NCBI GenBank assembly: GCA_951406725.2
Contig: OX597832.1
Span: forward strand, 57,970,001 to 58,034,000
Origin: Octopus vulgaris
Taxonomy: Eukaryota
Reading direction: 5' to 3'
DNA: 64,000 nucleotides
Both the position numbers and the translations under genes were made by a program. The notes below the pieces were generated by a model that was not told the origin of the DNA, searched no databases, and saw nothing but the letters and a program-made list of their open reading frames with translations. Of the stretch, positions 40,329-54,104 are shown one piece after another (the stretch's first letter is position 1; every line of letters begins with the position of its first letter).

Positions 40329-40330
<2 letters not shown>
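40110..40330 (-). mobile_element. Hammerhead-bearing short element between (TA)-rich tracts, family D-related
   Basis: Flanked by TA-rich sequence on both sides; tail gtattattggacgctcaggaa resembles 37635-37660. Confidence 0.7.
40213..40247 (-). ncRNA. Minimal type I hammerhead ribozyme, canonical core
   Basis: gttt-CTGACGA-A-GAGC tcc GCTC-GAAAC-GTA-aaac. All core nucleotides are present; stem III is loopless and self-complementary (ACGT). Confidence 0.75.
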
Positions 40331-40396
<66 letters not shown>

Positions 40397-40891
40397 AACA
40401 AAAACGCAATAGGAGGCAATAAAACATTCAGACAAATAGATAATACAGGAGAAGCAACAATTAGAAGGACAGGTAAAAGAAAAGACGGTCATTCGTGGCC
40501 TTCTCTCTTCAGTCAAGTTACCAGAAGTCCTTACTGTTTCGGGCAGTTATACTTGAGACAGATCGATCTAGTTTTCCCCCACCCACCAACGGCAAGTCTA
40601 AGCTTAGAGCATTAGATTTTTTTTGTAAGAAAGCTAGCGAATATGTATGGCAACAACGACAAAACACGGAGAACATGGTGTGTGTGTGTGTGTGTGTGTG
40701 AATGTATGTTATATATGTGTGAGACTTGGGAAAGCTTGTACGGTACTCAATAATGTGGAAGTGGTCCACGATTAACATTTGAAAACAAAACAAAATAATA
40801 CGTAAAATTCAGTCATTGGATCTGTTATTGAGTGCTACATATTCATGACAACGAAAATATATAGCTATGTGTCTGTATGTATGTGTGTATG

Positions 40892-40940
<49 letters not shown>

Positions 40941-41458
40941 GTACGTATACACACAAAACCACTGACCGACAGACACATACACGCACATATATATACACAT
41001 ACACACACTCATAAATTAACTTATATATTACATTATATGCATAAGTACGTGTATATTATATATAACCCTTTTAAAATGAAATTGGAAATGATATTTAATA
41101 CTCCGCATTAAAGACAGTCACACGTATATACATAAAAGAAAGAATTAGACACACACATGTATGCATGTATAGATATATATATATATATATATATGTATAT
41201 ATCATTACGCGTGTATTTCATGCAAGCTGATGGTATATATATTTATATATATATATTTTTTCAGTTTGATTAAATTCCTCGACGTGTATAATTGAGCTCT
41301 TTGTCCAGTCTGTTGCCATAAACTGAATATAAGACTGCGGTCCATGTTGACTGTAGTATTAAAATGAATTTACCCAGTGTTAATTTCAGAAAGCAATTAT
41401 CATCTTGTAAAAAAAAACCCGAAATACATACATAAACGCCTTGATATGCATACATATA

Positions 41459-41540
<82 letters not shown>

Positions 41541-41772
41541 TATAAAGGCATATAAGTATATACATATTTATACATATATGTATATAAATATATATATATG
41601 TATAACTAAATATATGTATATGTATTTGTGTGTAATTTTTGTCTAAGATTAATATAATCCATTCATATAAATGCATATAATTTTTTTCTCAAATAAACAC
41701 GAAAATGATTATATGATTATGTTATGTGAATGCATAAATGTACACACGTATGCCCTCCCCCTCATACTCCCA

Positions 41773-41808
<36 letters not shown>

Positions 41809-42169
41809 GTGTGTGTGTGTGAGTACATATGAACAGATGTACGTTTGTGTGTTGTTTTGTGTGTGTATTTTGTACCAGCATATGAGTAAAAGCAAAGTGA
41901 TTCATATGTAATGGAAATACCGATGGAATACGTAGATCTTAGTCACAACTTCATTATGTTACACATTACAAAGTGTAGACGTACATTAGTAATTGCTTAT
42001 ACATTCATATATATATATATATATATAGAAAGAGAGACACACAAACAAACATATGTATATACATACACATACACTCAAACAACCATACACACGAATTCAT
42101 GTAATGTATATGCGAGAGTGGAGATATATGTGTGGGTCTGTGTATACTTACATACGTACACATACATAC

Positions 42170-43427
42170 ATATTTACATGTATGTGTGTATATATATAAA
42201 TAGATACATACATGTATACATACATACATATATATATATACATGTATGTATACATACATATATACATGTTTGTATATATATATAAATAGATACATACATA
42301 TATATATACATGTATGTATACATATATACATACATATATATATATACATGTATGTATACATATATATATATACATGTATATATACATACATATATACATG
42401 TATAAATACATATATACATGTATAAATACATATATACATGTATAAATACATATATACATGTATAAATACATATATACATGTATGTATACATATATATATA
42501 CATGTATGTATACATACATATATGTATATTTACATACATATATATATTTACAAACATGTATACATACATATATGTATATTTACATACATATATATATTTA
42601 CAAACATGTATACATACATACATACATATACATACATACATACATACATACATACGTACATACATACATACATATATATATATACATACATACATACAAA
42701 CATACATATATATATATATACATACATACATATATACATATGTATAAATTGTATGAGAATATATTAGTAATAGAACAATTCTTTTCATAAATGTCGATGT
42801 AAATAGACGCATATTTACAATTATAATTTTAACAGCAAACGCAGACGTGCACACGAGTAGAGTCATGCATACACATACAGAAGTGGACGTACATTCATAT
42901 ATACGTTTGTCACTATATGCAACATGATGTATATTAATATAGCATTTCTAAGTTATGGACTGCATATGCCTGTAAACACTCACAGATTCCTGTATACATT
43001 ACTGTGTATGTCTGTGTATATATATATATATATATATTTATATGTATATCTTTATATCTCAATATGCATACATATATATATATCTCATATATATGTATAT
43101 CTCAATATACATACATATATCTCACATATATATATATATATCTCAATATACATACATATATATATATCTCACATATATATCTATATCTCAATATACATAC
43201 ATATATCTCACATATATATATGTATATCTCAATATTCATACACATATATATATCTCACATATATATCTATATCTCAATATACATACATATATCTCACATA
43301 TATATATGTATATCTCAATATACATACATATATATATATCTCACATATATATCTATATATTTATATATATCTCTCACTCTCTATATATATATCATATATA
43401 TACATACATTTCTCATTTATATATATA

Positions 43428-43469
<42 letters not shown>

Positions 43470-43500
43470 TATATATATATCTCAGATATATATATATCTT
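42170..43500. repeat. (TACA)n/(TA)n arrays and a tatatctca-type minisatellite
   Basis: Direct reading of 42170-42750 and 43040-43500. Confidence 0.85.
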
Positions 43501-43690
43501 ATATATATATATATGTATAACATCTTTATATCACAATATATATACACTATATATATACTATTCCTCTCTCTCCCAATATATATATATGTATAATATCTTT
43601 ATATCTCAATATATAGATACCATATATATACTATTCCTCTCTCTCTCTCTCAATATACATATATATATATATATACATAAATATTTATAT

Positions 43691-43730
<40 letters not shown>

Positions 43731-44160
43731 CAATATATATATCAATACATATATATATATACACATATGTGCGTATATGTACATAAATGATGTATATATG
43801 TACAAGTATCTAAACATTATATACATGTATGTGGACTGGTACATGTATAAGTGTACACCACAAATGTAAACAGAAAACCAGAAAGGCATGGGTCCACTAT
43901 CCAGTTCTGTGTGTGTATGCATAAACACAAACATACGCACAAAGCATTAGAGAGGGGCAAAAAGATAGTGCATACATATATATACATACACACACATACA
44001 CACATAAACACATAAACACATACACACATAAACACATACACACACACATATATATATATATATATACACATCTACACATACATATATATACATCTACACA
44101 TATATATACACATCAACACACACACACATATATATATATATATACATATATATGTATATA

Positions 44161-44505
44161 CATCTACACATACTTATATAGATATATACATCTACATGTA
44201 TATACATCTACACATACTTATATAGATATATACATCTACATGTATATACATCTACACATACTTATATAGATATATACATCTACATGTATATACATCTACA
44301 CATACTTATATAGATATATACATCTACATGTATATACATCTACACATACTTATATAGATATATACATCTACATGTATATACATCTACACATACTTATATA
44401 GATATATACATCTACATGTATATACATCTACACATACTTATATAGATATATACATCTACATGTATATACATCTACACATACTTATATAGATATATACATC
44501 TACAC
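44161..44505. repeat. 44-bp minisatellite, ~8 identical units
   Basis: Unit catctacacatacttatatagatatatacatctacatgtatata. Confidence 0.95.
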
Positions 44506-44553
44506 ACATATATATATATATATATACATCCTCACACACATATATATATACAT

Positions 44554-44634
<81 letters not shown>

Positions 44635-44924
44635 CATCCTCACAAACACACTCATATATATATATACATCCTCACACACACACATATATATACATATACA
44701 TACATGTATATATGTACAGACGTATGTCTATGGGTATGTGTACTTTTGTGCGTGCACACACACAATATGACACACTCATATTTGTATATATGTACATTTT
44801 GCGTGTATGTATATATTTATATATATATCTGTGTGTATATTTGTTTACACATCTGCATTTCATACTGAATCATGGCACACACAACATATCATCTTGGTTA
44901 CTCACACGCACACATGTACACGAG

Positions 44925-45014
<90 letters not shown>

Positions 45015-45465
45015 CTGTATATGATACGCGTTTCTTTCTGTGTGTATATATACACACACACATAAACAGATTGACACATATGAATATTTACTCATATCTA
45101 TAAGTTTGCGCATAATCGTTGATCCACGTATATACACATCAGCACATCTATGGTGCAAATATATGCACATATATACTACACCCACAGATTCATATATGTG
45201 TATATACATATATATGTATTACATACATATAGATATATACATACAGACTTATATACAAATATATCTACTCATGCATATATATCTATATACATTTATACAT
45301 ATACATACATATATTCATAGATACATACATATATTCATACATACATATATATACATGCATAAATATATTCATACCTATATATATATATATACATACATAC
45401 ACACACACACACACACACGTATGTATGTATGTATGTATGTATGTATGTATGTATGTATGTATATA

Positions 45466-45675
45466 TCTCTTTACTCTTTTACTTGTTTCAGTCATTTGAC
45501 TGCGGCCATGCTGGAGCACCGCCTTTAGTCGAGCAAATCGACCCCGGGACTTATTCTTTTGTAAGCCCAGTACTTATTCTATCAGTGTCTTTTGCCGAAC
45601 CGCTAAGTGACGGGGACGTAAACACACCAGCATCGGTTGTCAAGCAATGCCATGGGGACAAACACAGACACACAA

Positions 45676-45726
<51 letters not shown>

Positions 45727-45884
45727 TATACGACAGGCTTCTTTCAGTTTCCGTCTACCAAATCCACTCACAAGGCATTGGTCGGCCCGGAGCTATAGTA
45801 GAAGACACTTGCCCAAGATGTCACGCAGTGGGACTGAACCCGGAACCATGTGGTTGGTTAGCAAGCTACTTATCACGCAGCCAC
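45466..45884 (-). mobile_element. SINE family A, young copy
   Basis: Near-identical to 453-814 and 10721-11104. Confidence 0.93.
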
Positions 45885-45892
45885 TATATATT

Positions 45893-46260
45893 CCTTTGCT
45901 TTTCATGTGTTCCACCCGATGACTGGGGTCATGCTGGAGAATTGTTTTTCTGCGGTGTTTGGGTCTGCTTCCTGCAATGTGTTGGTGAAGAAGCGAAACG
46001 GACAGAGGCGCTGTTCTTTGTGCCTCCTACCCCGATGCGGGTTCGTTTCAGAAAATGTTTGTCAAGAGACTCTTTGATGACCTCCATATCTACACCTCGC
46101 AAATCTCTGAGGTTGTTTGGCAGAATGTTGAATAACCGGGCGTCCTTGAAACCCAAACAGTTACAGTACTGAACTCTCATTTGAGATGGAGAAAACGGTC
46201 CATTTGCTATTATGGAATGGCCTCCAGTTCGGTGCTTCGTACAGCTTTCAAACCGTTGCA
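45893..46260 (-). mobile_element. 3' fragment of a CR1/L2-like LINE (ORF2 C-terminus plus 3' tail)
   Basis: Translation YCNCLGFKDARLFNILPNNLRDLRGVDMEVIKESLDKHFL fits the CR1/L2-type ORF2 C-terminal pattern (LxNxLP...xKxxLD). Ends in ctccagcatgaccccagtca, like the SINE A tail. Confidence 0.75.
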
Positions 46261-46309
46261 AATATATATATATATCCCACATTTCTGTGTGTGTGTATAT
46301 ATATATGTA

Positions 46310-46900
46310 TGCATATAAGTAAATTTATATATATTTATATATATATAATTGTATAAATACATATATATATATATATATATTTATGTATATATATATATGT
46401 ATATAAGTAAATTTATATATATATAATTGTATAAATACATATATATATATATATATTTATGTATATATATATATGTATATAATTTATATATATTTATATA
46501 TATATAATTGTATAAATATTTATATATATATATATTTATGTATATATATATGTATGTATATAATTAAATATATATATATATATATTTATGTATATATATA
46601 TATGTATATAAGTAAATTTATATATATTTATATATATATAATTGTATAAATATTTATATATATATATATTTATGTATATATATATGTATGTATATAATTA
46701 AATATATATATATATATATTTATGTATATATATATATGTATATAAGTAAATTTATATATATTTATATATATATAATTGTATAAATATTTATATATATATA
46801 ATTGTATAAATATTTATATATATATATATTTATGTATATATATATGTATGTATATAATTAATATATATATATATATATATGTATGTATATAAGTAAATTA
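46310..46900. repeat. AT-rich higher-order repeat (~130 bp period)
   Basis: Recurring taagtaaatttatatatatttatatatatataattgtataaat blocks. Confidence 0.85.
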
Positions 46901-47448
46901 ATATATATATGTATATATATATATGTATGTATATATATATATATTATGTATATAAGTAAATTTATATATATGTATGTGTATATATGTATATATATATGTA
47001 TGTATGTATATAAGTTAATTTATATATATTTATATAGATATATACATATATATTTATATGTTTAGTAAATATATGTCTATATATATATATATGTCTATAT
47101 ATATATATATATATATATATAGATATTTATATATATATATATGTAAATATATACATATATACATTTATATGTATATGTAAATATATCTGTCTGTATATAT
47201 TTATATCTATGTATATTAATATACATGTATATAAAAGAAGGGAAAGAAATATCGTCGTACAGGTACATCATACCGGCAATAGTAAATAGAGAGGTCGCTT
47301 TAATTTTTTACAAATAAGGAAACCAACTGCTGGTTTCTCGTTTGAGAGACATAATGACTTCGGTAATTTGTATGGAAGACAGAAGGTGATATTTACTGCA
47401 ATATCATATTATCCGAACAACCTACAACTGCATTGTCTGTATGAGTCG

Positions 47449-47494
<46 letters not shown>

Positions 47495-47895
47495 CTTTCT
47501 CCCCCGTTTCTTTCTCTCTCTCTCACACTACCATGATTCTTTATTACGTCACCAACATTTTTTTTCTTCATCATCTTCATACTTGTTATTTGTAGAACAG
47601 TTAATGTATTTCGTTGGCAAAATTAGTTTTTTAAAGCAATTTCCTACTTTGCTCTTGTTTTTGTTGTTGTACTTGTTGCTGTTTTATTCCTTAAATATCA
47701 TTTTTGCTATATTTGCCTTCGCTACATAATATATTTTAATGGCGGTTGGAAAAAAGAAGATGGCGTCTTCCTGCATATTTTGACGAAATATGGGTGCAAC
47801 AATGGTAAGCATGGCTTGGGACAATGACCTCACACTGGACATCAACAAATGCCTCAGCAGCCTGTCCTTCATTACCTTTCTTTTTTTAAATCAAT

Positions 47896-48058
47896 GGCGC
47901 AGGCGCAATTGTGTTGTAAGAAGCTTGCTTCCCAACCACACGTTTCCGTTTTCCGTCACACTGTGTGGTACCTTGGGCAAGTGTCTTTCACTATAGCCTC
48001 GGGTCGACCAAAGCCTTGAGTGGATCTGGTAGACGGAAACTGAAAGAACCTCGTCGTA
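47896..48058 (+). mobile_element. SINE family A, 5' half
   Basis: ggcgcaggcgcaattgtgttgtaagaagcttgc...gaaactgaaagaacctcgtcgt. Confidence 0.85.
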
Positions 48059-48293
48059 TGTATTTATGTATGAATATATGTACATACATAAAATTACTAC
48101 CTGCTTTTATAGCAAGTTGATGCAGGTAGTTTATCCCATCCCTCTCCGAATTTTAGTTCATACAATTGAAAAAGCCGCATTGTGGGATGAACCAATACAT
48201 AGATACAAGATACGAGGTGTTTTCGTCAGGGTGGCTCAAATCCATGTGAGTGGATTGGTAGAGGGACACTGAAAGAAGCCCCTCGTGTGTGTG

Positions 48294-48335
<42 letters not shown>

Positions 48336-48829
48336 AAGATAAGTAAGGTTTTCGTCAGGGTAGTTTAGACTAACAGGTATTCATTCTGAGTACTCAATTT
48401 AGTAGGCCACTAAAACCCGGTTTGAATTGCAGTTGAACAAGCTATTATGTAGCTAAATTAAATCTCCTTGTCAAGTCTTGCTAATCCGTTTTCTTATTTT
48501 TGTTTTGATCTATCTATCTATATGTTCGAGTCGCAATATACGGATTCAACTAATCTGGCAGTACTCATAAAAAAAGTTCCTTAACGTATCATTCTACATA
48601 ACATATAGAATACAAGAAGAAATGGTAAAGAGTGTATAAAGTCATAAATGACAGAGAAATAGCTTTCTGAAATTTTGATTAGCAATATGAAAATTATAAT
48701 GTCACAACAAATTGTTTCGTAACTTAAAAACATGTAAATAATTTATATTATTATATTTAATAAATGAATTGCCTACATGACTGCATTAATGGAAAGTCCA
48801 AAAAATTCGAAATAACGCAGAATTTAGGC

Positions 48830-49070
48830 TACGTGTGTGTTTTTGTGTCTGTGTTTGTCCCCCTCCCCACCACAGCTTGACAACTGGTGTTAGCTTGTTT
48901 ACGTTCTCGTTATAATAGCGGTTCGGCAAAAGAGACCGACAGAAGAATACCAAGCTTAAAAAAAAAAAAAAAAAGTACTGGAGTTGATTCATTTAAATAA
49001 AACAGCTCTTGAAGGCGAATGATCCAGCATGGCCACAATCGAATGACCGAAACAAAAGATAAAAAATAAG
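48830..49070 (+). mobile_element. SINE family A, 3' half
   Basis: gtttgtcccc...gcttgacaactggtg...ccagcatggccacaatcgaatgaccgaaac. Confidence 0.85.
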
Positions 49071-49355
49071 GACGCGTGGAGCAGCAAAACACAACACAGG
49101 GCTGGATTAATTGTTTCACATTATCTATTTTTACGTCCAGTTGCATTTTCAGTTCAAATCCCACCAAAGAGAGACTACGTAGTCTTAGTCGCTGGTTTAT
49201 TTCTGGGGTTTCCCCTGATGATTGTACCCCGTTTTTCCCCTCTTCTCACACCAACGCATCAGTAAACAGCTTGCAAATACAATCGTATGTTTCGGTGCAA
49301 ATTCTTCCAAAGAGCTCAAAGGAAGAATCGACAACATTAAAATAATATTCAATGA

Positions 49356-49460
49356 AGGTGCGTGAGCCTAGTGGTTACCGAGAGGCGCGTTGTGTTTTCT
49401 TGAGCAAAACCTTCATTTCACGGTGCTCCAGTCCACTTAACTATAAATGGGTGACCATTC
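49356..49460 (+). mobile_element. Internally deleted family C-type SINE
   Basis: ggtgcgtgagcctagtggtt...cttgagcaaaaccttcatttcacggtgctccagtccact. Confidence 0.6.
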
Positions 49461-49576
49461 GAAAGCTAAAGCGATGCAAAGTGCATCGTGACCAGCGAGG
49501 TATAACATCCGAAAGTCTGATCGATACAGTGATATGAAAATCTAACACACACACACACACACACATACACACACAC

Positions 49577-49955
49577 CTTTTACTTATTTCAGTCTTTAGA
49601 CTGCGGCCATGCTGGGACATCGCATTGAATTTTTAGTCGAACGAATCGACCCCAGCACTTTTTAAGGCTGGTACTTATTCTGTTGGTCTCTTTTGCCGAA
49701 CTGCGAAGTTACGGGATACAAACACACCAACATCGGTTGTCAAGCGGTGATAGAGACAAACACAGACAAAGACACACACACATAGATATACATACATGCA
49801 TATTATACGACGAGCTTCTTTCAGTTTCCGGCTACCAAACCCATTAACAAGGCTTTGGTTGGCCCGAGGTGATAGTAGAAAACACTTGCCCAAGGGGTCA
49901 TGCAGTGGGACTGAACCCAGAACTATGTGGTTAGGGAGCATGCTTCTTACCACAC
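49577..49955 (-). mobile_element. SINE family A
   Basis: Reverse-complement match to 5056-5463. Confidence 0.88.
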
Positions 49956-50021
49956 ACACACACACACTCAGATATATATGGAAGATCTTCAGCAACAAAA
50001 TTATTATTATTGCTATTATTA

Positions 50022-50240
50022 TGGTAGCGAGCTGGTAGAATCGTTAGTGCATCGGACAAATTGCTTTACGTTCGTCAAAACGCCGGAGAAAATGCCTTAC
50101 AGTTTTTTTTTCCCGTGTTTACATTCTGAGTTCAAATTCCGCCATGGTCGACTTTGCCTTTCATTCATTTTGGGGTCAATAAAAGAAGTACCAGTCGAGT
50201 ACTGGGGGGTCGATATACTCGACTAGACCCCCACCCTACT
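50022..50240 (+). mobile_element. SINE family B
   Basis: ggtagcgagctggtagaatcgttag head and a Meta-like module. Confidence 0.8.
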
Positions 50241-50606
50241 TTTATGTAAAGGAAAACGTCGGTGACGTAACGAAACATGAAAAAAAAATTCGAGCGTTAC
50301 GCTCTAAACAGCCTAAACTAGGAACGCTTTCAAGTCATAATTCGAAATATTTTGGAAAATGCCTTACAGTTTACATTCTTAGTTCAAATTCCATCGTGGT
50401 CGACTTTGCCTTTCATCCATTTTGGAGAGTCAATAAAATAAGTACCAGTCGAGTACTGGGGCTCGATATACTCGACTAGACCCCCACCCTACTTTTACGT
50501 AAGGAAAAACGTCGGTGACGTAACGAAACATTTAAAAAGTTCGAGTGTTACGCTCTAAACAGCCTAAACTAAGAACGCATTGAAGTCATAATTCGAAATA
50601 TTTTGG
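50089..50606 (+). repeat. ~255-bp tandem duplication (partial SINE B plus flank)
   Basis: 50089-50355 versus 50356-50606; both start aaaatgccttacagttt and end ttcgaaatattttgg. Confidence 0.9.
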
Positions 50607-51194
50607 TCAGCACAATGAAACAACGTTTCTAAACATTGAAATTTCGCGATTGTAAGGATTTCTAACGCTCGGTCTATGGGTGACAGCGTTAACCCAGTAC
50701 GTATCTCCTTTATATAATTCTTTTAGATTGCATTTAGCATAATGGCTATAGACTGGCAGACTCCGTAAAACGATGGATAAAATCACTCGCGGTATTTTAT
50801 TACATTTATTTATTTACGTTATGATATCAAATTCCGCTAGATGTCAGTTTGCATTCCGGTCAGTCAGGGATCAATAATATAATTACCAATTGAATTATTT
50901 TTATCGATTTTCTTGACCCCCCCCCCTCCTTGTTCACCGACCAGAAATGGTGTAATCGTGTGTCTACATATTGACGTCATGATTGCTGTTGTTTGTTATT
51001 GTTGTTATGTTGTTTGTTTATTAACCTGATGTCAACCTTGATGGAATAAACTTGTGATCAAAAGCGTTCCAGCTGTGACCACCCAGACTATGTTTAGGAT
51101 GTATGTAAAATTGCTTTATTCAAGACAGTGGACCTCTTTCATTCCGGTGGATCCCCACAGCCATTAAAAAAAGACTAATTTTATATACACTCTG

Positions 51195-51590
51195 TTCTTT
51201 TACTCTTTTACACGTCTCAGTTATTTGACTGCAGCCATGCTGGAGCACCACCTTCAGTCGACGAAATCGACCCCAAGACTTACTCTTTGTAAGCTTAGTA
51301 CTTATTCTATCAGTCTCTTTTGCCGAACCGCTAATTTACGGGGGACGTAAACACACCAGCATCGGTTGTCAAGCGATGGATGGTGGGGGGAACAAACACA
51401 GATGCAAAGACACACACACACACATACATATATATGACGGGCTCCTTTCAGTTTCCGTCTACTAAATCCACTCAAAGCTTTGGTCGGTTCGAGGCTATAA
51501 TAGAAGACACTTGCCCAAGGTGCCACGCAATAGAACTGAACCCGGAACCATGTGGTTGGGAAGCAAGTTTCTTACCACGCAGCCACGCCT
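51195..51590 (-). mobile_element. SINE family A
   Basis: Reverse-complement match to 5056-5463. Confidence 0.9.
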
Positions 51591-51699
51591 TCTTTAAAAA
51601 TTTCTTTTGTCCCCTACATTAACTTACGTAGGTCGAACTACGTAAAACAAAGTAAGGAACCAAAGTGTTCCTTGCAATAAATATTTCTGAAGCAAGGCT

Positions 51700-51820
51700 C
51701 TCTCATAGACCCTGAAAAGACCTCTGTGGATTCCTAATTTACTCTTTTACTTGCCTTGACCCCTAAAAATCTTACATGGACCCCCAGGAGTCAAATGAAC
51801 TCTGATTGAGATTCCCTGAT
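51700..51820. mobile_element. Possible hAT-type MITE end relic
   Basis: atggacccccaggagtc...gattgagattccctg resembles the reverse of a CAGGGGTTCTCAA-type terminus. Confidence 0.35.
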
Positions 51821-51994
51821 TTTTCTTGTTTAAGCCGGTGGGGCGCAATTTGAAGGACAGTTGTCCGCTTCTTCTAGAATTTTCTTATGATTTCTTTCAT
51901 TAGCTTGTGTTTTTTTCTTTTTTAAATTAATGCGGTGGCTTGTGGTGCAGCAGACACCAGTTGGAGTTTAGTTACTTTACAATATTTATTTTCA

Positions 51995-52146
51995 CGCCCT
52001 GAGTTCAAATTCCGCCGAGGTCGACCCTGCCTTTCATTCTTTCGATGGCGATAAATTAAACAGCAGTTGCGCATTGGGGTCGATCTAATCGACTAGCCCC
52101 TCCCTCAAAATTTCGGGCCTTGTGTCTAGACTAGAAAAGAAAAGAA
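51995..52146 (+). mobile_element. SINE family B, 5'-truncated
   Basis: gagttcaaattccgccgaggtcgacc...gggccttgtgtctagactagaaaag. Confidence 0.8.
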
Positions 52147-52269
52147 TATTTGTTTTTACGCCCAATTGCATTTCGTGTTCAAATCTCACCAGAGCGGACA
52201 TCGTCATTCATATCAGCACAGAGACACGTTTATAACGGTAATACATCGTAATCAAATAAATTAATAACA

Positions 52270-52480
52270 GTTTCAAATTTTGGCACAAGGCTAGCAATTT
52301 CCAGGGATGGGTTTAAGTCAATTTAATCGACCCCAGTGTTCAACTGGTACTTATTTTATCGACCCTGAAGGGATGAAAAGCAAAGTCGACCCCGGCGGAA
52401 TTTGAAATCAGAACGTAAGAACGGACGAAATGGCGCTAAGTATTTTTCCCGGCTTGCTAATGATTCTGCCAAACCCGCCA
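52270..52480 (-). mobile_element. SINE family B
   Basis: Reverse complement of the Meta-like module and head. Confidence 0.82.
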
Positions 52481-52581
52481 CATTTAACAATAGTAGTAGT
52501 AGTAGTAGTAGTAGAGTTCGTTTTAAAGTTAGACATCTTTATCAGTCAGTGCAATATATGAAGATGCTATCTGAGGGGTTC

Positions 52582-52960
52582 TTTTTCCGTTTCAGCCCTT
52601 AGATTGCGGCCATGCTGGGGCACTGCCTTGAAGAATTTTAGTTGAACGACTCGACTCCAGTTTTTTTAAATTTTAAAACCTGGTGCTTAGTCTGTTTGCC
52701 GGATCGCTAAGTTTCAGGGACATAAATACACAACGCTGTTTGTGAAACAATGATGGTGGACAAACACACACACGCACATATCATATATATATGCATACAC
52801 ACACGAAGGGCTTCTTTTAATTTCCTTTGACCAAGTCCACTCACATGAGTTTTGTAGGCCTGAAGCTATAGTAGAACATACTTGCCCAAGCTGTCATGCT
52901 GTGGGACTGACCCCGGAACCATGTGGTTTGGAAGTGAGCTTCTTACGATACAGCCACACC
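52582..52960 (-). mobile_element. Diverged SINE family A
   Basis: Head, core and tail are recognisable. Confidence 0.78.
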
Positions 52961-54104
52961 TACAGGCTACAAAAAACCCCCTCTCTTATCTGTTGTTATA
53001 GTCTACGTTAATACAATGGCTGTGGAAGCGTGCCCATATTTTGAAAGGAATTCATGTATATCCCAGTTTACATTGGCTTCCAAGAGATGCGGCTTAACTT
53101 GAAAAACACCGTATCACAATGAAATTTTAAACAATTTTACTAGCTCATATATGTTTTGATAAATGGTTTGGGCATATGAGGTATGCCTGTATCCTGGAGA
53201 TCATGAGAACCGTAGTGGTACCACGTTTATAATTATCGTTTCTTGTTTCAGTTTTGATGCATAATGTTATAAAATTTTATAAATGCGTTTTATTATTTCT
53301 AAATATTTCGTTTGTGCTTTATTTGTCGTTCCATACTTAAGCTTGTTACCGTATAATACTCGAAAACGTTTCTTTATCTTAAAGATTTCAACTATGTTAC
53401 CGGTTTTGTTCCATAAGTTTTTGAAATCATAACGCTCAAACAGAATCTACTATAATAATATTCTTGTGTATTTCTCCGTCACAACATATGAATGAGAAAA
53501 GAAGTGGGTGATAGATTAATAAGCAAGGGAGGGGTGACGGCAAACTTGGTAGTGGGATGATGGAAGTTCTACAGCGAAAAGAATCAAACAGCGTTTCAAC
53601 TGTGCCTGAGTATATGTCTGTGTATGTAAAAGGGAGTCATGTGTGAGTGTGTGTATGTATGTATGTGTGTGTGTGCAATAGAAGTGAGATAGTGAAAAGA
53701 AAAATCAAACAGCGTTTCAACTGTGTGTGTGTGTGTGTACAGGAGAAGTATGTGACTGTTTGTATCTGATTATTTTGTACCTTATTTATAAATATATACT
53801 ACAATTAGCTGTCATTTTTTGGTGGCACGGAGCCAGCTAGTAATATTATAGATAACAATACTAATGTTGTGTCAATGTGACAGAAGCGAATAGAAAGAAT
53901 CGGTAGAGCACCGTAAAAATATCTTGCGGTAACACTCGGACATGTATCGTTACATGCAAAATATTGAAGATTTTGGGAAAAGGACATCAGTTTTAAAGGA
54001 TAGATAGATAAATTGATAGAGAGAGAGAGAGAGTGAAAGAGAGAGAGAGAGAGTGAAAGAGAGAGAGAGAGAAAGAGAAAGTTAATTAGTTAATTATATT
54101 GTCT

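Noticed and set aside
40480-40620. Partial ribozyme-like words (CTGAAGA; CGAAACAGTA) on the minus strand
   Set aside because: The pieces do not assemble into one fold in the right order; probably remnants of repeat ends.
45429-46172. 247-aa plus-strand ORF
   Set aside because: Chance read-through across the antisense of a SINE A copy and the LINE fragment.
48090-48235. Possible hammerhead on the minus strand (CTGACGA ... 9-bp hairpin actacctgc/gcaggtagt)
   Set aside because: GAAA is not intact and neither stem I nor stem II can be formed convincingly.
50972-50979. Isolated TGACGTCA
   Set aside because: A single 8-mer among decayed repeats with no supporting context; compatible with chance.
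53576-53725. ~27-bp direct repeat aatcaaacagcgtttcaactgtg, twice
   Set aside because: A small local duplication in (TG)n-rich DNA; no element between the copies that would make it a TSD.
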